Assembly: GCA_015680685.1 (NCBI GenBank)
Contig: MNCI01000673.1
Coordinates: 246,486-310,485 of the forward strand
Reading direction: 5' to 3'
DNA length: 64,000 bases
Source of the DNA: Gnetum montanum
Lineage: Eukaryota; Plantae; Gnetophyta
Below the pieces are notes generated by a model that was not told the origin of the DNA, searched no databases, and saw only the letters and a list, made by a program, of their open reading frames with translations. Shown here piece after piece: positions 1 to 13,562 of the stretch (positions are counted from its first letter, which is position 1; each line of letters starts with the position of its first letter). Position numbers and translations under genes: made by a program.

Positions 1-787
1 AATCAATAGTCAAGAGGGTTTAGAAAATATTTGGTATTTTGATGGGACCAGAATAGCTTCTTTTTATCTTTAAAGTGAATCTCTGTGGTATTTCAATCAG
101 AAATTGTCAAGTATTTTGAAGGTTTTGATGAATGCAATTGTTGACATCCATTATCTAGCCAAAATGGAGTCTCGTACGTGGTAGTTTACGCAGCAATTTT
201 TGGTAGCATACTAGGATTGTCTTGAAGAAATTGTTTATTTGAGCCTTGGAAGTTTCAATAATTCGTAGATATTGAATTTGGGGTAGCTTTATTGCGAAGT
301 GTTTACTCGTGTCATTTTACCTTGTTTAGATATTTGAGGTCTACAAAAATTTGCTTTCCTTTGTATCTATTTCTATCGAATCTTGCTCTATTTCTAGTTT
401 TCTTGTGGAACTATCTCTTTCTCTGGGGAAAATTAGAAGTAGATTCATAGAGTTGTGCTCAAATGTTTTTGCAAAATTTTATTTGTTACAAGTAGGTATT
501 ATAAGGACCGCATAGACTAGGAAATTGAACAAAATAGGAACTCTCAATAACTCACAGTACTTGGCAAAGTTGGCTAAATTTATTTAAGATAACTCATTTA
601 TAGTTTACACACAACGCAATCATTTCATTTCTCACAACCGCACACTGCAACAGCACACACACATACTCACATTAACCACTGAGTCTATTTGGAGGTATCT
701 GGGCCTTGGTGTTGCCAGAGACCAGCAAACACCTAAATCCTGTTCAAGGACACGCGTTGGCGGTCGCGTCCTAAACAGTCGCCAACA
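1..787 (+). mobile_element. Probable 3' portion of an LTR (ends ...CGCCAACA)
   Basis: CA-rich leader-like stretch at 600-680, a GC-rich terminal segment with an inverted repeat (GTTGGCG ~756-762 / CGCCAAC 780-786), ending in CAACA at 787 with an abrupt change of composition. No partner LTR or TSD in the window. Confidence 0.35.
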
Positions 788-931
788 ATCTTCTATTTCT
801 CATAGACATCTTTCAAATATTTTAACAAACATTCAATTGAATGATAAATTGGAGGGAAGATGAAGAGAAAAGAGGTAAAAGGTATAAATAGACCTCTTGG
901 GCCTTGAGTTTAATCAAGAGAGTTAGGAGAA

Positions 932-1033
932 AGAGTCTAGGGAGAGAGAGGTGAGTGAGAGAAGAGTAGAGAGAGATAGAGTCTAGGGAAAAAGAGATGA
1001 GTAAGAGAAGAGTAGAGAGAAATAGAGTCTTGG
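932..1033 (+). repeat. 46-bp GA-rich tandem repeat (~2.2 copies) downstream of TATAAATAG (883-891)
   Basis: AGAGTCTAGG/AGAGTCTTGG recurs at 932, 978 and 1024. TATA box plus GA-rich leader is typical of an LTR R region. Confidence 0.7.
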
Positions 1034-1299
1034 AAAGGTGCATTGATTATCATCCATGTGAGTGTATGTTTTCTATGATTAAGTGTGTGAAAGTTGGATT
1101 TAATCTCTTGTCTGTCCTTGGGAATTTGTGGTTCCTTTCATATGTAAATTTTTCATTTGAGCAAAATAAAAGATTTCATTTTCCTTTTCTTGTTCGAATT
1201 TGCTATTTTGTGACTTTTAGAGAGCTTTGATTGTTGAATCCATGGGGGCTCCTTATGACAAATATGCTTCAACTTTGATTTATTTTAAGTAGCTTCTAC

Positions 1300-3600
1300 C
1301 ATTATTCTTGTAACTGCTAGCATCATGTTATCTAAAAAATAAATTTTGTATTGAGGAAATGCTTATCTTTTCTTTGTAGCCACTCTAACCAACTCTTGAG
1401 CTCTTTGTTTCATCTAAACAAAAATAGCTTAATTTTTCTTTGCCTCTTTGATCTCAACTTGAGTTTCTTGTATCCATTCTTTATTATAGTTAAGTTTAGA
1501 AATCAAATCTTGAAAACTAGGCTATAAAAAATAAGAATAATCTAGATATTTACCCTTCTTGGCCTATTCTAATTCAAATCTTACAATAGCTAGCCTTTCC
1601 TATAATTGTACCATTGGCCACTCTTTATTTTTTTGGTAGTAATTCTTTAATAATAATAATAGTCTTAAGCTACTCATTTTCATCTTTGGAGCTTCTCAAT
1701 TTGTTCCTTAGCTTGATGAACTCTTGCTTATTTTGCACCAAATATTCTTTGAGCTTGGCAATTTGTCTATCAACTACTTTTCTCATATTCCTAATTAAAG
1801 CAACTATAGTATCTAGCATTTTTTTGATGGGACATTACTAGCTTTTGACCTCCAATTTGAGGATCATCTTCCTTATAAGGAAAGATAACATTGGCTTCTA
1901 TTTTTGACTTGGTTGAGAATGATTCTTTTTTTTTCTTTGACTTTCAAAGAATGAGCTATTCCTTTCATTACATGGCTTAAGAATAAGTCTAAAGTTGTCA
2001 AAGCTAATGATGAGGTTTCCCCCTCCTTCTATTAGTTTGTTGTAGCTACTGTAACCTAAGTTGCCCTTATTGCTACTATGGTTGCTTAAGGAGATTTTAT
2101 TTTTGTTTATTAGCTTTGATTCTTTCCATCCTAATTTTTCTAGCTACTTTAATCCTTGCATATTCAGATCCATTTGGTGAAAATATTTAATTAGGCATGG
2201 CTTCTTCTAGATCTTGAAGCTTCCAAGAGAAGTAGTTTTCTGTCATCAAAGTTAAATATTCATTAAAAAAAATCGAGCTAGAGGATAATCTTTGATTTGA
2301 ATCCTCCTACAGACCTTAATGATTTGTTGCTCATAAGTAGAGGCTAGGAGCTTCATAGATAAGGTTCTTTTCAACTATTTTGGTACTTCCTCTTCACTTG
2401 ATTTACCTTTTTATTTGTAGCTCTTTGGTAGACCATGTTTGCCTCATCAAGCTAATGAACTTTGTGAGTCTTAATAGTTGAATATATTCTCTTTAGAGTT
2501 ATAGGAAAATGAAATTATTCTTTATATCTTTTGGCCATGCCTTTTAGATGCCTTGCATTATTGAATTTCCACAATCCAAATGTCATTAAAAAACTTCTTT
2601 ATGCTTATAATCATACCTTAGGAAACTTTTCCACATCTACCTCCCTACCTCAAAAGTTATATGATACGAAGCTACAAACCTTGGAAGCTATAATGCTTGC
2701 CCTTCAAACCTTGATATTAGTATCTGAGTGTATTTTGCATGTATAAAAACAAATTCATGGAATTTATTTTTTATTTCATTGAAAATTTGTTGATCTATCC
2801 ATGTTGGGAAAACTCTTAAAATGAATTTAAACAAATGGAGATATACACAATTCATCAAAAATATTAAGGCTTGAGCATTAAAATAACTCTTTTGGTATAT
2901 GATTGGGAAAAAGTCATAATAGGGATCCTTTGGTTAAGTTCTATGCTATGATGCATAACTAGTAAAAATTAGCACTATTCTTTCATGTTTTAAAATTTCA
3001 CTTAATAAACAATTGATTAAAAAAGATCCTAAATTCAACTGAGTCCTCTATTCATGAATCTTTTCTAAGCTATTTTGCAATATATCATTCATATAATGTA
3101 TAGGGAAGAAATGTTTCTTATTTTCTAAAGCTACCCATGCCCAAACATGATAACAAGCAACATGATTAATTTCAAACCTTGAGTAAACATTTAATGACGA
3201 GAAAAAAACTCTATGAGGAAACTTGAGCTTTATAGCTTTAGGATTGGAGTTTTGATATCCCCAAGCATTTGCAAGATGTGCCAGTAAGAGCTTGAAGACC
3301 TTGCCTATTTCTAAATTATCCTAAAATCTACCATTGAGCACCTCCTCATTAATCTACTGGGCTTATACCTTTATTATATTGGGCTTTATAACATCATAGA
3401 GCTTATATGCCTTTTCAAAACTAATGTTGATAAAGCATTCTATGTTCTCTTTAAAGCATAGGCTATCTCTGTCATACATGGTTTTAGCTATCATGTGGTT
3501 TATAATATCTCTTATAATATTTTTCCTAGGTCTAAAACTAAGCTTGTTGAGACTTTTTTTTTTCATATATTATTTTGCTATTCCTTCATTGCTTTTGAAA
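1300..3600 (-). pseudogene. Degenerate retroelement accessory ORF (C-terminal part charged/coiled-coil-like)
   Basis: Minus-strand translation gives ...HAKYTQILISRFEGQAL*LPRFVA... (~2.65-2.75 kb), resembling the TYIR.YGFEG.P..LP motif I recall from extra ORFs of non-angiosperm Ty3 elements. Many stops and frameshifts; boundaries approximate. Confidence 0.4.
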
Positions 3601-4131
3601 TTTTGAGTTTTATCTTTTCTATTAAATCATGATTCTTATCGAAGCTAAATAACTCTTTCTCTTCTACCTCCAAATCCAAACATCCAATGTTAATCCACTT
3701 TCGGAGTTAGTATATATTGAAAACTTCTTATACAATCAATTTTTGATTCTATGAATTATTTCAACTTCGTGAGTTAATGTGGCATAATTATATTATCTTT
3801 CTTTTATAAAACTAATATCATTTCTTCAAATCCTAAATTCTATGAACTTTCATTGATAAAATTTTAACTTAATAATCTACAATAAACTATTTTTGCTATT
3901 GCTAATCTTGTTATTAGATAAAACTAATTTTTTAGCTCCATGAATCAATATTTATTAACCTAAAGCCTAAATAATAGCCTTTAAATAGAAGAAATGATCT
4001 TTCAGATCAAATTATACCTTCATAAATTCTATTTCAAAAGCTGATTAAGATATGCTTAATTATCTAGCACTGTATTAGGGTTTTTTTTATAGAATTGAAT
4101 TTTGCTAAAAATTTGGCTTTTTATGTTAATG

Positions 4132-5178
4132 TGAAGTAGGTTCACTCCAATATTAAATCACTTTTCAATACTAAATCTAGATATTATGATAAGATAAACA
4201 ATATGCTAGAAAACAAGAAAACTAGCTATCATCGATTTTTGTAAAAGAGAAGATTACAATGGGGTTTTGAAAAATTAGAAAAAATTCAAAACCTCATACA
4301 ATACTCAAATGATGTTGCAAAGCATAAGGCTTTACAACCACAAAATGATTGTCCTCAATGCAAGACACGACTAATAGAGAGTTCTTTTCACAACTTGAGA
4401 CTACAATCTTAACTCACAAGAAAGATCAAAACACATTGGTCAACACAAAACATAATTAACCTTGGAGCTACAAACACATATACACTCAATTTTTTATTTC
4501 ATAATCTTGCTCAAGTTCAAAAAATGAACTTACATGACATGTCCTCACCTCATCTCTCTATGGTACAAGCATGAGCACATCAATATTTATTGGCAAAAAT
4601 AAAATAAGATACTTATGAAATATTTCATAAGCAAACCTTGAAGGTCCCATACTATTTCCATATTATTCTAGCTTTTCTTGGCTAGTTATTAATTGGAATA
4701 GATAATTTTAAAACTTTTCCCTGATATGTGGGTCATCTCTAGTCTTCTCGAAATATCTTGTTGAAAAATAGTCAATTTTGTGAACACATCTCATCCTGGT
4801 AAGAAATGTATCTAAAACTACTGAGACATCTTAGCCACACTAGAGACATCTTAGTCATACCAGAGATATCTCACCTTACATGTTTTTCCTTTTTTAAGAT
4901 GTCTCAAATACATGTAAGACATCTCAACCACTTCTGAGACATCTCGTTTGAGACATTTGCAAAAGTTCCAAGACATCTCCCTTAAACCTAGAATGTTTCT
5001 TACAAGCTCTCAACTTGGGATAAATGTTTCTTGTCCTCTAAGACATGTCTTTTGAAAGCCTAGATCTTAGGTAAGATGACTCCATGGACTTCAAGATGTC
5101 TTCATGGAGCTCGAAACTTGCAAAAACACATATATGTAGAGAAAAAACAAGGGAATTGGAAGAGGTGTCCCTATATCA
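4132..5178 (-). mobile_element. Solo LTR of the element-D family
   Basis: Starts TGAAGTAGG and ends ...GTGTCCCTATATCA; homologous to 35625-36640 and 44149-44284/48301-48380. Flanks TAATG (4127-4131) / TAATC (5179-5183) form a 4/5 TSD. Confidence 0.8.
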
Positions 5179-5939
5179 TAATCCCTAAAACTTGACCATC
5201 GAACTTGTGTGTTTATCTACAAGATAACTTTGAGCCACTTAAAATTCCACCATCAAGAATAATTTTTGGAACCCTAGTTGAAATAAGAAAACTTATTTTT
5301 GGCATTTTACTTTCAAAAGTTTCATTCTTCATCTAGGACATTTTTTGCACATTTGCATGTAGGGAATGACATATGTGGAGTCTATTAAGAATACTTCTAA
5401 TATAAAAAGTGTGAATAATCTAACTTTTATGATTAATTAATCTTTTCTTTTAAGGATCCTTTAAGCATTTCACAAAGTAAGAAAAATACTTATAGTACTT
5501 TCTATTCCATGGAAATGATAAATTGTTGTGATAATGGTAAGTTATGATTAGTTTTTTACTAGGTTTTTTATTATGAATTTATTTTTAGAAATTAGGATAG
5601 TTTTCATATGTTAAGGTTTTTGATAGATTTACAATAAAATCCAACATTTCTTTCAACAAAGTACATTGGCATCTATAATGAAATTTCACCTCTTCTATCA
5701 ATAACCCATGAGTTGTGTTCATGGAGGAACTATCTAAAGTCAAATATGAAATTGATTAATTAAAATATCCATATTTTTGTTATAAAACTTGAAATCATAA
5801 ACATCCCCTGTTCATGATTCAAGTTTATCATAAAAATAGATTAATCACATAACACTATAAAATAGAACATGTCCATTCCAATCAAAAATGGCTTAATGAT
5901 CGTAAAAAAACAACAAAAATAAAATGAACTTCATATGAG

Positions 5940-7040
5940 GATTAAGCCTCTCATCCTCCCTCTAACTTCATGCCCTTCTCCAAGTGGGAGGGTTTCGCCC
6001 TCTCATCATCATCTTTGATTTTATGGTAGATATTCTTCTTGATGTCTACCACCTTCCTATCCATGGTAGTGAGAGAGGAGCTTACCTTCTCTAGTACTAT
6101 CAAGATCTCCTGCTCAGTAGACTTTACCTCTTGTACTTGGGTTCACATATCTTCTTGGAGTTCCCAAACTTCACTAGCATCTAGTACTAATGAGGAGTAG
6201 GGGTCATTGGATTTCTTGATAAAGGAATTGTCCTTGGTGTAGATTTTGAGGGATCAAATGAAGGTGTTTTTTTCTTTAATATAGTAATATGCACCTTTGT
6301 GCTCGTATGGATGAAATAAGAAAAGGAGAGCAAATTTTGAGTGCATCATCATTATAGTGATATGCCATGTACTTGATTGGTAGGTATGTAAAATTTACCT
6401 CCTCACAAAACTTTAGAGCCTTCATCACTCAGAGAGTTGAGCTCAAGACATATGTGGAATGTATGGATGGTAGGAAATTTGTAATGATCATCTTAACCAT
6501 CACATGGTGCTTAGTCCATAGGTTCACAAGGTGTAGTTCCTTAATTTGCAACCTGCTAGAGTCCAATTCTCTAATGAACTAGTGGAAGAGCTCATACTTT
6601 TCTTCCATGTTGACTTTAGTTTTGAAAATGTCCGCCCCCTTGGTTGGAAGACCACTCTTGTAGTCATGTGATAGTAAAATTTACCCTAGTTTTTCTTATA
6701 GAGAAAACCATGTATTATATAGGAGGGTCTGCATTGGTAAGATATGGTTTTAAATTTCTATAAAATTCTAGAACTTCCTACTCATCTAACAAATTAGTAA
6801 GGATTAGATAAATGCTCTATATTCCATTATCTCAATCTATTGCTTCATAGCCACATCGATATGGTCAAACCACTTAGTATAATCTACCTCTTGATGGTAT
6901 GAGAATATCTTTAATCTTTCATTCCTAGGGGCCTTTGTAATGATAAGAAAGTTGAACATGCAGAATTTATCATCAATTTCCTACTAAAACTCATTCTTAC
7001 CTTGGCTTGTTTCTTTGTGGTGGATGACTTAGCTATTTAT
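5940..7040 (-). pseudogene. Degenerate Athila env-like/3' ORF (plant transposon protein, Transposase_32-like), probably of element G
   Basis: Minus-strand fragments VLEFYRNL..FSIRKTRVNFT..LPTKG, IITNFLPSIHSTYV..MKAL..VNF..PFLISSI, then a coiled-coil tail. Same strand as, and downstream of, G pol. Confidence 0.55.
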
Positions 7041-7507
7041 ATTACTTCTTGTATGTGAAAACTGCTAGATGGGCCAAAATGTTATTATTTAACTCTATAA
7101 TATAAAGATGAGTCCTAACTAGAAAGATATTCTTACTAGGAATAAAAAGAATAGTGCTTTATATGACATGGATCCCATGTTACCTAGTTGTGGTCCCTAT
7201 AGAAATTGTATGAGTAGCATAGGTAGAGAAGTAACAAGAGAAGTCATAATTGGGTGAGCCCTAATTGCTAGAAAAATGCATAGTGATGGGAGAGGATTTT
7301 GCAAGGATAAGATCTATCCTTGTGGGTGGTGGGTTTATATAATAATATCATCATCTTACTATTACTTTTTATTTTTATCACTTTTTCCACATATCAATCT
7401 TCATTGAAAAATTTATGGAGTTCAATATGGATTGGATTGAAGTACATTGTAATAGTGGCATAAATCGATATATTTAGATATTAATCTTTTAGCAGATTAA
7501 TTTTAAT

Positions 7508-7730
7508 TGTAGCCGCACTATTCAGACATGAAACTCTTGTGAAAATTTTTATTTATCAATCTTCATTGATCATAGTTACATGAATCAATATCATTGTATA
7601 TTAACATATCGATACCCATTGTGGTTGCATTATTTAGATGTGAAACTCTTGGGAAAAGTTTTTTGCATCAATCTACATTGATCAAATTGGGAAGGATCGA
7701 TATCATTGAGTGTTGACATATTAATTTAAA
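7508..7730. repeat. ~112-bp diverged tandem duplication in an ATCGAT/ATCAAT-rich region
   Basis: TGTAGCCGCACTATTCAGACATGAAACTCTTG (7508) vs TGTGGTTGCATTATTTAGATGTGAAACTCTTG (7620). Confidence 0.7.
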
Positions 7731-9542
7731 TCAATGAGATGGATATAATTATTGATAAATTGAATCCAAATCCTACCCTTATTGATTTGAATCAAACCAA
7801 TTGATATACTTTGATTTAATTTGTAATAGGACACCAAGAGCTTGATGTTTATTGATATGGTTAGATCTTGAAAGTTTCTTTTTCATGTAGTGCATCTATA
7901 GACATTGATTTCTTGGTGTTCCTTTATACAATACTCTTATTAATTAGGTGTTATTAATCCCTTCAATATATATCAATATTAAAAAAAAAAAAGATATATT
8001 TAGCTAAGTTATTTATAAATATTACTTCATTTTTTCACTTCTTGTCATTAGATCTTATTATTATGGTATGAATTCACATATAACTTAGTTAGGAAGGTCC
8101 TTACTAGGATTATTTGGACTAAACCTCTTCTCATAAGGTCTGCTTCATTTTTTAGAAGGATGAATTACAATCTCAAGGTCTTTACCTTTCCTAAGTTTTA
8201 AGGATCTAAGATACATTTCTTTTAACAAATTCATTTCCTAACTTGCTCTTGCATCAACTTCCATGTTGGTTATACCTTACTATCCTATCCCATTTTAAGT
8301 TTCTTTTCCCCCTATAATTAATGTAGGGTATGTCCCAAGCCTAGGTTAATTATTTGAGTTATTATTATTGAGAATTATATTACAAGCATGCCAAGAGAAT
8401 ATACCAAAAAAAAAAGGCTATGAGTTTTATATATTCTCCACTATATTTGAGATACTAGTAAGCTTTGATCTTCCAATCATTAGTATCCATAATGCTTTGC
8501 AGAAGTGGGGATCTCAACCACTAACTCATATTGAAGGCACATTAGGAAACAATTAAAGGATCAAATAGCTTTAAGTACTTGTGAACATAATAGGTGGTAG
8601 CTAAAGAGAAATGTGGAGGGATATAGCTTAAACTAGGAAAGTAAAATAGGAATGAAAATTAATTTAAATAAAATTGAAAAGTTTGACAAACAATAGTCCT
8701 TAATGTATGAAGTAGCACAAACTAAGGGACTAATGAGATAAGTAATGTAAATGGATAAAAATGATGGTAGCTATTAAAATAGATCCATAGATAAGTTAAC
8801 CCACTTTTCACAGTGTCATATTGTAGCTCAAAGATGGTGGCTTAGGAAATTATTTTGATTGATCACTACTCCACCCATATGCACTCTACTTACAAAAGGG
8901 GGTTTATGTGGGATGCTTCAAATTGTAAGCTTATGAGCATTGCCCCAAACTATAATGTTCTTGTGAGAGTGTGGCTCAACTCATGCATGAAGGTTCCTTG
9001 GAGTGATCTTTTCCTTGAATATTATTTAAACTCTCTCTCTCTCTAAATAATAATTATATTTTTTCTTCTTCAATCATGAGGTTCTTGTGGGAGTCAAATT
9101 CATTTTGTATTTTTAAATTGGATGGGATGCCTATGTGGGTGCTAATAAGGTTTCCAATGCTTTTACAAACATAGATGCTAGACGAAATATAACACAACCT
9201 TTCCACCTTATTGACTTGTTTAAGTATGTAAGTAAAAGAATCATGCATTGATAATCATTAACCTAAACTTAGGTATTTCTACCATGACTCATGAAAATTT
9301 TTACTTAAGGAATATTATTTGAAAAGAAAATAATAAAGTTTATTATACATAGTTTATTTATTTATTAGTCTAATGCTCATCCTTAGCTAAATTTTGGGTT
9401 TAAACTAACCTATCTCAAGGTTGGGGGAGTTGTCCTTCACCCTTGCATTCCAAACATGATGCTAGTGAATTCTCTATAGTTGCAACTAACCATTGAGTTT
9501 CCTATTCCCCTCTACATTTTTCAAGGTAAAAGCTATAGCTGA

Positions 9543-9931
9543 TTATGTTTTTATTTTCAATATTGAATAAGGATTTTTCTTGAAATTACTTCCCATAGCC
9601 TTAACTTCTACTTGAGCATTGTCATCACATGGGTCCTTTCTAGGGTAATTAGGATCACTCAATTCTACTAGCTCATCCTTTCTTGGTTCCTTAATTTGAA
9701 GTTGATTGTAATGCTTGAGTCTTTTTCCATTTACTATAAATGTAGTAAATGGATCTTCTATGGGTGTAATCAAGACACTTCCATTAATATGGGGTTGTAA
9801 CACTAGGTATGGGCCTTTCCACTAAGTTGTTAGTTTTCTTGGAAATTTTTGTAGTTTCATATTATATAATAAGGCTTTATAATCTTCCAAAAAATGTTTC
9901 TTAAGCATGTTTTTATTGTGCATATGCTTTA
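9543..9931 (-). pseudogene. Element G integrase C-terminus (GPY/F region), Athila-type
   Basis: KLQKFPRKLTT*WKGPYLV..NGSV..FIVNGKRLKHY matches the Athila LKLFPGKLKSRWSGPF..F.VNGQRLKHY motif. Confidence 0.85.
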
Positions 9932-11660
9932 TGTAACATCCCTATTCCCAAATGGTGTTGCTACATCATGAAGATGATGTCTCTTCATAACGAATCGTGA
10001 GATTAGTATAACAAGACATGAAAGGGAAGTTGTAATTAAGACTCGAAAGGGCATGTTGTAATAATAGATGTGTTACTCAAGGTGACCTTTGGGGGTTTGA
10101 CGTAAGGCATTTATATCTAGGCTTAGAGGTCATGCTAGCATAGTGTGGTAGAGCTGGTAATGGTGAGTCATGGAAATTAGGTGAAGCAGGATAGAAAGAG
10201 GACTTGCCATTCCTTTTGGCTAGTCATAGGTCTAACCATGATAGTAGTGCTAGGTGATGCACTATATGTTTGAGATGTAAGCCATAAGATACCTTTACAT
10301 TGATTTCCTAAATAATGGATCAGACATCTAAAAAAGACATATCCCATCAACCAACAAAATTCTTACATGGATATTATTGATCGATGAAGATTTGATTACA
10401 CCTCATCAAGATTCATCAATTGAAAGAGATGTTGGTAAGACAAGGATACATTGGTCTAGGTAACTCTTATTCATCTAAATACTATAAATATTAATTGATT
10501 GAGGTCATTATTAAGTTTCTCCTAAAACGTTAGTAACCATGACATGAATTGATCTTATTTTGTTGAAAGCACTTAACCCTTATAAATTGGCATTATTCAC
10601 CATACCAAGACCTAGGTGTTGATAAGATAAGGGAGTCAACCCATCCATAAGATTATCTAATCTCCATAGTGAAACCAATAATTAGTAAATAATGTTATCA
10701 TAATCTTCTCCTTAGTACCTCATTAAGGTATAACCATTGATGAGCGACGAGGTACCTCTACACTCAACCATACAAATACGAGTGTTCACGCATGATTCGA
10801 TCAAACTCCATGGACATGCTAGTTGTGGTATCTAAATAGTTACACGTTGATTGCAGTTCACTATCTTCCCACTTGGACTAGTATTTTTTTTTTCACGTAT
10901 GGTTTAGTCCAAAGTGAGGCGTATGATGTGATCCTAAACTAGTGCTACTCCTAGAGAAAATGGAATATAATCTTGATTAAACTAATGAGTAATAGGAAAT
11001 GAAGTCTAAGCTAACCTAAGTGTGATGAGCATCCATTCCTTAATCATTCGTATACATCTTGAACCTCGTGCATGATTACTACTGGGATTACCAAGCGTAG
11101 ATCCTAGGTATGCTACTGGGTTACCAAGTAGTCACACTTAAATGCTCGTGATTAAGTCGTACTCATTCTGCATTTAACAATAGTAAATGATGATAAAGAA
11201 ATATTAACTAAGAAAATAATAAATAATAATAACAATTACTAAGAAAAATTAAATAATTAAAACTAAGTGAATGCTGCAATGATGAAGTAATCTCGATCTT
11301 TATTGCCAATCATTTGCATGTCCAAGTACGTCACANNNNNNNNNNNNNNNNNNNNNNNNNNNNNNNNNNNNNNNNNNNNNNNNNNNNNNNNNNNNNNNNN
11401 NNNNNNNNNNNNNNNNNNNNNNNNNNNNNNNNNNNNNNNNNNNNNNNNNNNNNNNNNNNNNNNNNNNNNNNNNNNNNNNNNNNNNNNNNNNNNNNNNNNN
11501 NNNNNNNNNNNNNNNNNNNNNNNNNNNNNNNNNAGGAAAAGTTTTTATTCAGTCGTGGGGGTATGATGAAGTGCTATATAGTTGATGCGTCGACTAGGCT
11601 GCGTATACGAGGCCCCGTATATGTGGCCACGTCGACACAGTCCCGTCTATGCATACCTCN

Positions 11661-12103
11661 TGTGGAGCTCATGGGGTTCTCGGTAGTGGTGGCTCCTCCA
11701 TGGGTGCCTTTCCTTTGTCTTGCGTGCCAGGCTTCTAAGATTGATACCATTGAAGAAGTGCCTAACATTTCTTTTCTTCTATCTATAGATTATGAGTCTT
11801 CCATGTTGATGTTCCAATGTTTGATGAAGTCGGCATTTTCCATGGATATGGTAGCTATGGGAATACTTGATTGGCCTTGACATGCCATGCCATAGATAGC
11901 CATCGTTCCTCTTCATAGGCTTGGGCCCCGACCTCTCGAACTTTTGCTTGGCTAGCATGTGCAGTAATAGGAGGTCCCTAATGGATGCTAAATGATTGTG
12001 CCTCCTACTCTACATGTTTTGCTTGAGGTCCTTGGCCTATGCCTCCCCTAGGTTCTTCAGTTGCACCTTGAGAGGGTCCTCCTTGTCTTCTTTTAGGGGC
12101 CAT
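11661..12103 (-). pseudogene. Element A 3' accessory ORF remnant
   Basis: MAPKRRQGGPSQG...DKGKAPMEEPP; N- and C-terminal parts homologous to B 30112-30900. Confidence 0.7.
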
Positions 12104-13562
12104 ATATAATCACACAAAGATCAATTGTTAGTAAGGTTATTGAAAAAAAGTTCAATGATCTCATACCTTACTCATTGCCTTTAATAAATGTTGCATTCTT
12201 TGCTTAGTGTGATTTTAGAGCTAGAAATGTTTTCGAAGAAGTTGCCCTAAATGTTTAATGTCAGACTTGGTTTTGAGGAACGTTTGATAAAATGATGACA
12301 AAGGAAAGAATAGATTTGGAAATGAAGTACTCGGAGGGTATAAGATGATGTGGTGGTGTGCAACAAGTACAAATTACAAGAGTCACACAAGTGGGTTCTC
12401 CCCAAAGTAAGTTCCAACCTATATGCCCTTGCGTAACCACACCTGAAGATGTCCGTAGGCACTAGAAGGGTTAAATGTAATCTATACCGATGCAAAAAAA
12501 CACACACATGTTGATACCACTGTGATGAGGTATGAATTCAATGCTATACAAGGCATGATTCACAAATACATGAATAGGGAGATGGAATGAATCGGAGAAG
12601 GGATTGCAGAGATTAGGATGTGAGGTAACTAACTCAGGGCACAATGAATCGTGAGTGTAGGGCATGATTAATGTGTTATTAGCCTATCATTCCAAAATCA
12701 AGACCAAGTCCATTTCTCCAATCAGTGACATCGCATTGTTTCATCTAATGATGGACAACCATAAGAGCACCATGACAACAAGGCATACGATCACTTGTCG
12801 TTTTGTACAAGGGAGGAGTGACTTGGAATTTATTTGTAGCATACTTTTTGTTTGGCCGCTTTGGCACAAAAAAACACTCTCTTTCTCTCTTCTTTTTTTA
12901 ATTATTGGGTGCCTTTAATACTCTTACTTCCATTTTTCGTTAGATCTACAAGGATCTTAGTACAACCAAGCTGCATGATAGCACCTACAGATGTCACCAA
13001 AGAGAATGCACAAGTCCCCTTGATGTCACACCCTGGCCATTCCCTCTTAGTCTATCATTTTTCACTCTAGGCACAATGAGCACAAAATTACTTTTAAGTT
13101 TCATTATGACAATAATAACATCATACCCAGAGTAGAACCTCTTATTAATGGAATGGTTGGGTGGATGTGATGGGCTCGCTATTCAAATAATTAGTCACCT
13201 AAGACTTGATAGCATANNNNNNNNNNNNNNNNNNNNNNNNNNNNNNNNNNNNNNNNNNNNNNNNNNNNNNNNNNNNNNNNNNNNNNNNNNNNNNNNNNNN
13301 NNNNNNNNNNNNNNNNNNNNNNNNNNNNNNNNNNNNNNNNNNNNNNNNNNNNNNNNNNNNNNNNNNNNNNNNNNNNNNNNNNNNNNNNNNNNNNNNNNNN
13401 NNNNNNNNNNNNNNNNNNNNNNNNNNNNNNNNNNNNNNNNNNNNNNNNNNNNNNNNNNNNNNNNNNNNNNNNNNNNNNNNNNNNNNNNNNNNNNNNNNNN
13501 NNNNNNNNNNNNNNNNNNNNNNNNNNNNNNNNNNNNNNNNNNNNNNNNNNNNNNNNNNNNNN

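Noticed and set aside
822-1230. Short hydrophobic ORFs, here and throughout the window, as membrane peptides
   Set aside because: They are by-products of GA/CT- or AT-rich low-complexity sequence, or antisense frames of TE genes; no independent support.
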